Below, piece by piece: positions 46,969-55,533 of a stretch of DNA of 64,000 nt (its first letter is position 1; the number at the start of each line of letters is the position of its first letter). A program made the translations under genes and the position numbers. Under the pieces are notes generated by a model. That model was not told the DNA's origin and made no database searches. It worked only from the letters and a program-made list of their open reading frames with translations. The stretch lies in assembly GCA_964594115.1 (NCBI GenBank), contig CAZQLD010000002.1, forward strand, positions 10,450-74,449, given 5' to 3'. The stretch comes from Candidatus Woesearchaeota archaeon. Lineage in GTDB: Archaea; Nanobdellota; Nanobdellia; Pacearchaeales; GW2011-AR1.

Positions 46969-47377
46969 AATAGTTTATTTCTACAATATCGCCAAATTTT
47001 TTTTGATATAATGCTTTGTATTTTTCTCCATGTTTTTTAAATTCTTTGTAGACTCTTAGTTCGGTTCCTAATTGGTTATCAAAGACTCCCATACTAATTC
47101 CGTCTCTATCTCTCCATCCAAATAATCCCCTGTTGATTATAACAGATAATCGTCTATTTGGCGTTCTTTCATATATACTATCTTCAGGTTCCCATGGAGC
47201 GGTTTGTGGTATGAAATCTCCTTCTGTCCACCGACCAAATGCTTTTTTAACAAGTTTATCTATTATAGGTCTTCTCTTTCTTTCTTCAGGTTCTAATCTT
47301 GAAAAAGCTAACCTCAACCATTCTTTTCTCCAATTTCTTAACCTTTCTGTTTCTTTGCTTAGACAATTAGTTAACAT
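46952..47377 (-). CDS. hypothetical protein
   Basis: ORF only; 17-nt overlap with the downstream ORF. Confidence 0.3.
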   Translation of the reverse strand: MLTNCLSKETERLRNWRKEWLRLAFSRLEPEERKRRPIIDKLVKKAFGRWTEGDFIPQTAPWEPEDSIYERTPNRRLSVIINRGLFGWRDRDGISMGVFDNQLGTELRVYKEFKKHGEKYKALYQKKFGDIVEINYFEKNN

Positions 47378-47822
47378 TTTTTCTTTTAATTTTAATATTT
47401 TGTTTATGAAAAATAACTATATAAATCTTTTTATTCCTTAACCACTTTAAAGTGACTCTAAGAACATAATAGGAAAAAAGTGAATTATGATTAAAAAAGG
47501 TCAAATTAACTTAGTAGTGCCTGGTTTTAGACAGGTTTGCTTTTTTATTAATTTATCCCTTTTTATACATGTAAATATAATACAAATTAATTTTAAAACC
47601 CTCGAAGAGGCTTCTTAGCGTAAAAATAGAGTGCCAATCAGCCTCTTCTGGGGAAAAAGAGGTGATAATAAATATAAGTGTCAATAGTATTTAAATCTTT
47701 CGGTTTTGTTGTAACTAGTGAATGACATAATAATTTCTTATTTTTTCCCTTTCTTTGTCTTTTTTAGAGACAAGGACTATTTATAAGCTTTATTGTTCTT
47801 AAATATATAGTTAAAATACTGG

Positions 47823-48830
47823 TTGAGAGGAAGATTTTATAAATTATGTGATAGTAGGAAATATATGGAATTACACGATTTTCTGCCAAAAAAAGAGACA
47901 GAAGAAATAAAAGAAGTTAAAGAGAGCAAGAAGATAGAGAAAATCAGCCAGAACCAGCTTTATGATATGCTGACAAGCAAGGAAGCGAGCTGGCAGGCAA
48001 TTATTTATGAGCTTATTCAAACAGAGCAGCTAGATCCCTGGGATATAGATCTTGCTTTGTTAGCTAAGAAATATTTAGAGAAAATTAAAAAACTAGAAGA
48101 AGCAAACTTTTTTATTTCCAGTAAGGTATTATTAGCTGCATCTCTTCTTTTGAGAATAAAATCAGAAATTCTTCTTAATAGCTACATAAGGAGTTTAGAT
48201 GAGATTTTGTTTGGTAAAAAAGAGGAGAAAAAAACAAGTATGGAGAGAATAGAAATAGATGTGGATGAGCTGCCAGAACTCTTGCCAAGAACCCCCATGC
48301 CCAGATTTAGACAGGTGAGTTTGCAGGAATTAATGTCAGCTTTAAACAAAGCAATAAATACAGAGCACAGAAGAATCAAAAGAGAAATATCTGTGAGACA
48401 GGCAGGAAGACTAGCGCAAGTGGATATTTTAAAGACAAGGGTGAATATACGTGACAGAATAAGAAAAATTTATGCCAAGGTTAGAGTTTATCTGAAAAAG
48501 AAACCTAAAAGCAAAATTAGTTTTACAGAATTAGTTGGCGAGGGAAGAGAAGAAAGACTTGTTTCTTTTCTGCCTTTATTGCATTTAGATAATCAACAAA
48601 AAGTCTGGCTAGAGCAGGAGGAACATTTTGAGGAGATATGGATCTGGCTTTATGAGATATTCAAAAAACAAAGGGCTTTAGATTTTGTTGAAGAAGAGAT
48701 TGAACAGATAGAACAAGAGCTTGATGATGAACAGAGAAAAAGAATTGAGAAAATCAACAAAGATTTTGAAAATCCTCTGGCTAATTTCTTTGATACTGCT
48801 TCTGAATTAATGAAAGGAAAGGTTAAATGA
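47823..48830 (+). CDS. scpA: segregation and condensation protein A (kleisin)
   Basis: 'WQAIIYELIQTEQLDPWDIDLALLAKKYLEKI' is typical ScpA. Likely true start 'MELHDF' at 47866. Confidence 0.7.
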   Translation: MRGRFYKLCDSRKYMELHDFLPKKETEEIKEVKESKKIEKISQNQLYDMLTSKEASWQAIIYELIQTEQLDPWDIDLALLAKKYLEKIKKLEEANFFISSKVLLAASLLLRIKSEILLNSYIRSLDEILFGKKEEKKTSMERIEIDVDELPELLPRTPMPRFRQVSLQELMSALNKAINTEHRRIKREISVRQAGRLAQVDILKTRVNIRDRIRKIYAKVRVYLKKKPKSKISFTELVGEGREERLVSFLPLLHLDNQQKVWLEQEEHFEEIWIWLYEIFKKQRALDFVEEEIEQIEQELDDEQRKRIEKINKDFENPLANFFDTASELMKGKVK

Positions 48831-48878
48831 ATACTTGAAAACAAAAATTATTATAAAGCTGGTTTCTTATTTTTTTAG

Positions 48879-49250
48879 ATGGAGGAAGAAATAAGGAAGT
48901 ATTTTTCAGGAGGGGCGACAATTTACACTAAGATAGTGCAAACAGACCGTAAGGGAGCTTTTTTATCTGTTATATCATGCACAAGAAAAAAGAAAGATTT
49001 TTTAGAGGAGGAGGTTAGAAATTTTGTTTATGTTAGTGCAGAAAGAGCAAGACAGTTATGGGCGGATTATTTGGAATCTTATGAAACTTGCATTTTTAAA
49101 GATAAAGCACTTCGTTTTTGGCAGAAAAATATTGAAGTTGCAGATAAAGATGATTATAAAGGAAAGGGAGGTAGGATTTTTTGTTTAAAAGCAGAAGAAA
49201 AGGGTATGGCTATTAGTAGTAGAATAATTAAAAGAGAGCCTGTTTTTTGA
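48879..49250 (+). CDS. hypothetical protein
   Basis: ORF only. Confidence 0.3.
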   Translation: MEEEIRKYFSGGATIYTKIVQTDRKGAFLSVISCTRKKKDFLEEEVRNFVYVSAERARQLWADYLESYETCIFKDKALRFWQKNIEVADKDDYKGKGGRIFCLKAEEKGMAISSRIIKREPVF

Positions 49251-49258
49251 AGAGAAGA

Positions 49259-49960
49259 TTATTCTTTTTTGGCTATTTGGAAGAAATATTCTACTTCTAC
49301 TTTTTTTGTTAATGGGATAACTTTCTTTTCATAGAACTCAGAAATAAAATCTGGATTAACATGATATCTTGCTCCTTTTGATTTTACTCTTTCTAAAACT
49401 TCTGCTTCTACTTTTTGATTTGTGAGTTTTTCCATTATTCCTGCAGTGTTTCCAGCTCTAATTAATTTATCATATCCTGTGGGATCTTGTTGATATTTTG
49501 CTTCTGCAACCTGCTCTCCTATATGAACTCTTTTTGATAGATTCTGTAGGCAGTTAATATCTGCGATAGCTGCACCTCCATATGTATTGTCATCATCTCC
49601 TATTTTACAGATTGTAGGCAAAGCTTTCATGTATATTTTTAGTAATTCATCATTAAAATTTGTCTTTTTTCTTATTCCAACATCTGTTACTGTTCTTTTT
49701 ACTACAGAGCTAGGAAGGTTTTTATAAAAAGGATGTTCTTCTGGATCCTGATATCTTCCTGCTTGTGCATGAAGTTTTTCTGTTCCTCTAAAAAGAAATT
49801 CAAAAAAACTTCCATCAAAATTAGGTATTTCTACTTCCCCTGAAACATAAATTTTGTTGTTTAATTTAAATCTTGCCCTCCTAAATAAAGAAATAATTAT
49901 ATTATCTTCTAATTCCCTTAGTGTATTTCTTACTCTGTTTAAGTCAACTTTTTGGTTCAT
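49259..49960 (-). CDS. chorismate mutase, eukaryotic AroQ (yeast ARO7-like) type
   Basis: Collinear, as I recall the S. cerevisiae Aro7 sequence. 'LNRVRNTLRELEDNIIISLFRRARF' vs 'LQNIRDELVRMEDSIIFKFIERSHF'. 'GDDDNTYGGAAIADINCLQNLSKRVHIGEQVAEAKYQQD' vs '[39 protein letters not shown]'. 'GIMEKLT...VLERV' and 'VIPLTKKVEVEYF'. Confidence 0.7.
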   Translation of the reverse strand: MNQKVDLNRVRNTLRELEDNIIISLFRRARFKLNNKIYVSGEVEIPNFDGSFFEFLFRGTEKLHAQAGRYQDPEEHPFYKNLPSSVVKRTVTDVGIRKKTNFNDELLKIYMKALPTICKIGDDDNTYGGAAIADINCLQNLSKRVHIGEQVAEAKYQQDPTGYDKLIRAGNTAGIMEKLTNQKVEAEVLERVKSKGARYHVNPDFISEFYEKKVIPLTKKVEVEYFFQIAKKE

Positions 49961-51114
49961 TCTAGTATAGATTTAATAGGTTTATTTAATATAAACTTTT
50001 CTATATTTTTTCTAGCTTCAGGTAATCTTTTTTGATGGTCTGAAAGCCAGTCTGTTACTTCCTCTATCCCGTATTTTTTACACTCTCCACAAAGCATTGC
50101 TCCTGAAGCGCATTGTTCAGCAACATGATTATCTTGTTCAAAATGATACCTTCTTATAGACTCTATTGGGCATATTTCTGGGACTCCTCCATGTTCTTTT
50201 TGGAAGCGGGCTATTGGACTCCCCCCTGTATAGGCACGTTTAAGAATTCTTTCTGCCTTTTCTGGAGGGTCGGTTAGAAAAATAGCAGAGTCTTGCCTGC
50301 TTGAAGCCATTTTTCCTTTTCCATCAAATCCCCATAAAAATTTTGTTATGAGTTCTGCAGGAGGAATAAATCCTTTTCTTTCTGCTACATCTCTTGCTAA
50401 TAGGATATAAGGATGCTGGTCTATTCCTACTGGAACAAGGGTTGGTTTTTTTCCTCCGAATTCCGCATATTGTGGAAGAAGAATTTGAGCTAATTGAACT
50501 GCTGCTCTGTAAAACAGGGTTCCTGGATTTTCAGTATCAGTTCTTTCATTAAACCCGAAGACTTTAAGTGCTTTATTTAGTGTGAGTTTATCTGATAAGT
50601 CCATAGCAACATTATAAATTGAGGGATAATCAGAATCCACAAAAATATTAGTTTTTTCAGGGTCAAAACCCATTGCAATAATGCTTGGTATAACTTGTTC
50701 ATAAGCAATTTTTCTAGATTCTGCAAGACTTTTTGTTTTTCCTACAACAAAGCTTTCATCATTTGTTAAAGGAATAAAGAGGTCTGCTCCTTGTTTTTGC
50801 ATCCATAAAAGCTCATCAAATATAGCTTTATGGCCAAAATGTAAGGGTCCTGAAGGATTTAATCCAGATATAACTGCCCAGGTTTGTTTATTTGCTATTG
50901 CTTCTGCAATCATCTCTAGGTCTCTGTGTGCAAAAGTTATGTTCATTTTCATATACTTGCTTGGATTAGGGCAATACTTAACAAATCTGATAATTGTTTT
51001 TAGTCCAGACTCTGCTATTTTCTGAGGATAATAAGCTTCTTCTTTTTCTTTAAGCTTAAGCTTTGCCTTATGGTCTTTTTTAGCTATTTTTTCTAAATCT
51101 ATTTTATCTGTCAT
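49957..51114 (-). CDS. trpS: tryptophan--tRNA ligase (archaeal/eukaryotic type) with C-terminal Cys4 motif
   Basis: HIGH is 'GLNPSGPLHFGH'. 'VPVGIDQHPYILLARDVA' is TrpRS-like. KMSKS is 'GKMASS'. C-terminal C-x19-C-x6-C-x2-C. Confidence 0.7.
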   Translation of the reverse strand: MTDKIDLEKIAKKDHKAKLKLKEKEEAYYPQKIAESGLKTIIRFVKYCPNPSKYMKMNITFAHRDLEMIAEAIANKQTWAVISGLNPSGPLHFGHKAIFDELLWMQKQGADLFIPLTNDESFVVGKTKSLAESRKIAYEQVIPSIIAMGFDPEKTNIFVDSDYPSIYNVAMDLSDKLTLNKALKVFGFNERTDTENPGTLFYRAAVQLAQILLPQYAEFGGKKPTLVPVGIDQHPYILLARDVAERKGFIPPAELITKFLWGFDGKGKMASSRQDSAIFLTDPPEKAERILKRAYTGGSPIARFQKEHGGVPEICPIESIRRYHFEQDNHVAEQCASGAMLCGECKKYGIEEVTDWLSDHQKRLPEARKNIEKFILNKPIKSILE

Positions 51115-51913
51115 TTTCTATATTTTGTAATAATCCCAAAATAAATTTTATATTTTGGTTTATTAGGTTTATGTTTACATTTGAAATATCATCTTTTGTT
51201 GTCTGCATTTTGTGCCAAGACCCTTCATCATATCTTGTTAATACACTAGCTTCCAAGCCTAATTTTAAGAATGAAATGTTGTCTGCATTTGGGCTATTAG
51301 GAAGTAATGGGATAGTTATGTTTTTTGATTTAGCATGGTTTATGATTAATTTATTAAGTTTTTGACTATTCTCATATTTTTTCCCAGTTTTCTCAAAAAC
51401 TTGAAAATTACCCTTGCCAACTGCTTGGACTATTATTGTTCCATTGTAAGAATCTATAAATTCGATTTCTTTGTTAAGAATATGTTCTAAAAATAATTCA
51501 GAACCTGGTTTAAATTCAGGATTTCTTCTGTTTTTGGCTATAAGATCAGTGTCAAGACCTGCATCAAAATAAATTAGCCTTATATTTACTGGAAATTGCG
51601 AACCAATCAGTTTTTCAGATAATCCTAAGAGAGTAATAACTCCACTAGAATTATTATTTGCTGAAGGCATTCTTTCAAAAGTGTCATAATTTGCTGTTAA
51701 CCATAATTCTTTCTTATGGTTGTAATTGAATGCAACAGAAAGATGAACATCTACTCCTCTTGGAGAATCTAGAGAATAGATAGTGGGTTTTAGTCCTAGT
51801 GAAGCAAGTTCCTCTTTAATAACCCCAAGTCTTTCAGAAGTATTTTTTTCAATAAGTTTTTTTAGTGTTTGATAGTGATTATTTTGTGCCATTTTAAAAT
51901 TTTGATAACACAT
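51104..51913 (-). CDS. M28 Zn-aminopeptidase-like protein with substituted metal ligands
   Basis: 'LTANYDTF...ANNNSSGVITLLGL' aligns to M28 'AHxDS...GAxDDxSGVAxLLE', with His->Asn and Asp->Asn. Confidence 0.3.
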   Translation of the reverse strand: MCYQNFKMAQNNHYQTLKKLIEKNTSERLGVIKEELASLGLKPTIYSLDSPRGVDVHLSVAFNYNHKKELWLTANYDTFERMPSANNNSSGVITLLGLSEKLIGSQFPVNIRLIYFDAGLDTDLIAKNRRNPEFKPGSELFLEHILNKEIEFIDSYNGTIIVQAVGKGNFQVFEKTGKKYENSQKLNKLIINHAKSKNITIPLLPNSPNADNISFLKLGLEASVLTRYDEGSWHKMQTTKDDISNVNINLINQNIKFILGLLQNIENDR

Positions 51914-52898
51914 TAGTTTCTAGGGACTGTGAAACTTTTTCTTTTAATTGATTAGGATTTATGTTTCCAGAATAAAATTCTTGTGCCAAAGTAACTGGTG
52001 AATCATTTTTTTCTAATCTTTTTCTTGCCATTTCACAAATTAATCCTATATCTAATACAGGATTTGGAAGTTCTGGATTAGTTGATATAAATGAGCTATT
52101 AATTAGTTCTTTTGCATAGTCTAATTGGGTTCTTCCCACCAATATTCTGTGATTTTGGAGTCTTTTACTTCCTCCTTTATAAGCTGTTATTCCGTGATGT
52201 TCTATTCCTTTATTAGAGAAAAAATAATCCCATTTTTTTCCTAATGGAAAAGTCGGAGTTAAAAACAAGGATATTAATCCTCTTGAATTTTCTATTTTTG
52301 CTATTTGTCTTGCAATAGTATCATATAAATCTTCTCTTGGAGGGCCTACTTTTATATCAAGCCCCATAATAGTTGTTATTTCATCAAAAGAGTACATAAA
52401 CCCTTTTGCTCTTTCTAGTTCTAGTTTAGATTTAGGTACACTTTTTTCAATTTTTGCCATTAAGCCAGAATTTGCTTTACAAATCTCCATTACTTTTTTT
52501 AATTCTGTTTGAAATGCTTTTGTGTTAATATAATCACTCATTTTCAATACTTTTAGATTTGTTTTGTATATTTTATTTACAGCAAGAACAAAAGCTGCTC
52601 TTCCTTCTCCTAATCTTTTGTATTTATGTTCAAGTTCTGGAGAAACATTTCTGCATGCTGCACTATCTGCAACCAGAATTGTAGGTTCTGCTTTAAATCC
52701 TTCTTGTGTTAAAGACTGAGCCAGATTTGCAACAAAAAAATAGTATTTCATACTATCAATAGTATGGCCTGTATGATCATAAGTTTCTCCATAAAATAGT
52801 TTAATTGGAGATACTTCTTTTGCTCTTGTTAGAATCTTTTTTATACTGGGAGTTTTTAGGACAATTCCTTTTTGAGATAATAAAGATTGTGGTTTCAT
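51894..52898 (-). CDS. TyrRS-like class-I aaRS paralog 1 (degenerate)
   Basis: 'FYGETYDHTGH' (HxGH-like) and 'ILVADSAAC' (TyrRS 'ILLADLHAY'). No clear KMSKS. Paralogous to 52951..53958. Confidence 0.35.
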   Translation of the reverse strand: MKPQSLLSQKGIVLKTPSIKKILTRAKEVSPIKLFYGETYDHTGHTIDSMKYYFFVANLAQSLTQEGFKAEPTILVADSAACRNVSPELEHKYKRLGEGRAAFVLAVNKIYKTNLKVLKMSDYINTKAFQTELKKVMEICKANSGLMAKIEKSVPKSKLELERAKGFMYSFDEITTIMGLDIKVGPPREDLYDTIARQIAKIENSRGLISLFLTPTFPLGKKWDYFFSNKGIEHHGITAYKGGSKRLQNHRILVGRTQLDYAKELINSSFISTNPELPNPVLDIGLICEMARKRLEKNDSPVTLAQEFYSGNINPNQLKEKVSQSLETNVLSKF

Positions 52899-52950
52899 TT
52901 TATTAACTATAAAGTAATTACATATTTAAAAATATATTGGTTTTAGAATA

Positions 52951-53958
52951 TTACTCAAGTCTGTATGGCATCCTGCTTGTCTTTGTTAAGAACTGGTGAT
53001 ATCCTTCTACAGCCTGTTCTCTTAGTGCTTGCTGGTCTAATTTTGGAAGTGTACTAAAATCTGTTTGAGATATTTCTTTTCTTAAGCGATGGCCTGCAAG
53101 ATCTGCTGTGACTATTAAATTTACTAAAGCTCTTTTGTCTGTAGTTGTTCTTATAAGTTCTATAACCTCTTTGGGGTCATCATTTAAAGGGTCTATTCTA
53201 TAATCTCCTAGGCCTTTGCTATTTTTCTTATAAGGCAAAACCCCAAATTTATTTACCCAAGCTCTTTCTCCTTCAGGAATCTCAGGATTTCCAAAAGGCA
53301 GGCAGTTTGTTAGGTGGATTGCAATATATTTTTCAAATCCTATTTGTTCAAAAAACTCTCTTGCAACAAAATCATAAAATATTTCAGATTTTGGCCCAAC
53401 TTTAATATTAGTTTTTAGGGTTTGTATTGTTGCAAGTTCTTCTAAAGGATAATTTATAGCTTCTGGATTTTCTCTTCTATCTTCAGGAATAGCTAGTAGA
53501 ACTTTCTCTTTAAACTCAGGATTTAATTTGATTTCTTCTTTTAATCTTTTTGTGTTTCTTTGATAATCTCCGCCTTTACTTAATTTAGAGGTACGCAAAA
53601 GACAGATATTTCCATGATATATTGTGTTTAAATTTTGCAAGAAGTTTATTCTTTCAAGCCCTTGGGATTTTGCTTGTTCCTGAGCTAGGTCTTTATTTAA
53701 GTCAGTCATAAAATGGTCTGCAATAATCCATTGTGCTTCTGCATTCACACCTTTTTTTGTCAAAAGATCATGCAAGTCCATTAAAAATAGTCCGTACTTC
53801 ATCATATCTAGTGTCTGCCCAGCATCAAATGTCACTCCCATTATTATTTTGGCTTTATCTCCTTTTGAAAATTGTAATATTTCTTTCACATCTAGAATTC
53901 TTGCTACTAGTTCTTTTCTTGATAGATAATTTTCAATTGTTTTATCCATTTTACGCAA
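52951..53958 (-). CDS. TyrRS-like class-I aaRS paralog 2 (degenerate, HIGH lost)
   Basis: 'IIMGVTFDAGQT' replaces HIGH. 'WIIADHFMTDL'. 'NIKVGPKSEIFYDFVARE' matches paralog 1 'DIKVGPPREDLYDTIARQ'. Remnant 'KKNSKG'. Confidence 0.35.
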   Translation of the reverse strand: MRKMDKTIENYLSRKELVARILDVKEILQFSKGDKAKIIMGVTFDAGQTLDMMKYGLFLMDLHDLLTKKGVNAEAQWIIADHFMTDLNKDLAQEQAKSQGLERINFLQNLNTIYHGNICLLRTSKLSKGGDYQRNTKRLKEEIKLNPEFKEKVLLAIPEDRRENPEAINYPLEELATIQTLKTNIKVGPKSEIFYDFVAREFFEQIGFEKYIAIHLTNCLPFGNPEIPEGERAWVNKFGVLPYKKNSKGLGDYRIDPLNDDPKEVIELIRTTTDKRALVNLIVTADLAGHRLRKEISQTDFSTLPKLDQQALREQAVEGYHQFLTKTSRMPYRLE

Positions 53959-55318
53959 TAAGTTTATCTCTCATAGACTCCACCATATTAAACCATTGTG
54001 TTTGGGTTCTTTTTGATGCATCAACAACAGCTTTTTTAGGAGTATTCCAAAATTCTGGCCTAGGAATTGCACCATCAATCTCCCATCCTCCTCCCTGTCC
54101 AATGCTTCTTGTTCTTGATAAAGCATAATCTAAAACTATTTGTCTTTTTTTCTGATGTTCTTTTAGTGCTTCAGGAAGGCTTTCTCTTACTAGTGCAACA
54201 TTATCTTGTCCTGCTTTTTTACAATAATTAATTAAATATTTGTCTATTAACTCAGATTTCTTCTCTGCATCTTGTTCCCTTTTTATATTATTAGGAAGAG
54301 CCTTCAATGCTTCTGGAAAATTAACTTGACTTTTTGCATTAAAAAACTGGATATATCTTACCATATCTAACGCACAATTTTTTACTTCTTTTTTCAATTC
54401 TGGATCTTTAAGTGCATTATCTATTTTTATGATAGAGGACTTTATTCTTGTTTCAATATCTTCTTTATTAGGTCCTGGACCAAGGTATAAAGTGGACTCA
54501 GGCTTACTTGAGCTCATTTTTGGCCCTAATCCTCTCATATGTGGGATGTAAAATCCAGAGGATACTGTTTGAATTCCAGGTAGCTTTAACTTACTTTCAA
54601 ATGCCTTTTTCATTAATTCTATTGCCATTTTCATGTGTCCGTCTTGGTCTTGCCCACTAACCATAAAAGAGTGTTGATTGCTAAAATCTGAATGTTGTGG
54701 GAGTGCTATGTCTCCTACTTGTGCTACTCCTGCAAATAAGAAAGCAAATTTTTTAGATAGTTTATCAAGTCCATAAGTATCAAGTGCAAGGTCAAAACTT
54801 AAACCTCTAGCGAACAAGTATGCTAAATTACCTACTCTAAATTCTTCAGATTGTAAGTAAATATGTGCTGCATCTAGGTCGACTCTGTTTGCTCCCCAGT
54901 CAAGCAGATTATCTGCTGCCCAAAATTTATACTGCTTTTCTGTTAGTTCCGAATCTAACATGCACTCAAGGTCTGCTACTGGCATAAATATTTGGGCTCC
55001 GTTTTTTTGAAAAAACGCAACACCAGAAGAGGTTTGGGTGTGCCCAAAATGAAATGCTCCACTTGGTTTAAATCCAGAGGCAATTCCAAGTGATTTTTCT
55101 TGTTCTAATGCCTTTATTAATTCAGAACCATTTCTCTGTCTAATGGCTCTATTTTCTACAGGAAGCGATATTTCATCAAGTTTAGCTAAAAGAGTGTATA
55201 ATTTTTTACTAGCAGGCTTTCCTTCAGAAGTTAGATAGGCAGCTTCATAACCTCCTGCACCTCCAGCTTGTTTTTCTTCAAATTCTATCATATACCTTTT
55301 AGTTTCTATTTTAGGCAT
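53951..55318 (-). CDS. tyrS: tyrosine--tRNA ligase (archaeal type, extended)
   Basis: HIGH is 'GFKPSGAFHFGH'. 'MPVADLECML' (TyrRS ADLHA). 'VSGQDQDGHMKMAIEL'. KMSKS is 'PKMSSSKP'. Confidence 0.7.
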   Translation of the reverse strand: MPKIETKRYMIEFEEKQAGGAGGYEAAYLTSEGKPASKKLYTLLAKLDEISLPVENRAIRQRNGSELIKALEQEKSLGIASGFKPSGAFHFGHTQTSSGVAFFQKNGAQIFMPVADLECMLDSELTEKQYKFWAADNLLDWGANRVDLDAAHIYLQSEEFRVGNLAYLFARGLSFDLALDTYGLDKLSKKFAFLFAGVAQVGDIALPQHSDFSNQHSFMVSGQDQDGHMKMAIELMKKAFESKLKLPGIQTVSSGFYIPHMRGLGPKMSSSKPESTLYLGPGPNKEDIETRIKSSIIKIDNALKDPELKKEVKNCALDMVRYIQFFNAKSQVNFPEALKALPNNIKREQDAEKKSELIDKYLINYCKKAGQDNVALVRESLPEALKEHQKKRQIVLDYALSRTRSIGQGGGWEIDGAIPRPEFWNTPKKAVVDASKRTQTQWFNMVESMRDKLIA

Positions 55319-55533
55319 AAATTCGCATGAAAAGGCACATATAAAAGGATTTCGCGTGTGCAGAGCATATAATAAAGTATATACTTTTAATAGAAAGATT
55401 TAAATATAAAAATAAAATTATTTATTCATGAATAGAAAAAGAATGAAGCAAAACACTGGCATACTTTGGTGGTGGAACTAGTTTTGTGTAGTCTTTTTTT
55501 TATTAATTCTAATAAAATTTCAAGTTAATAAAA

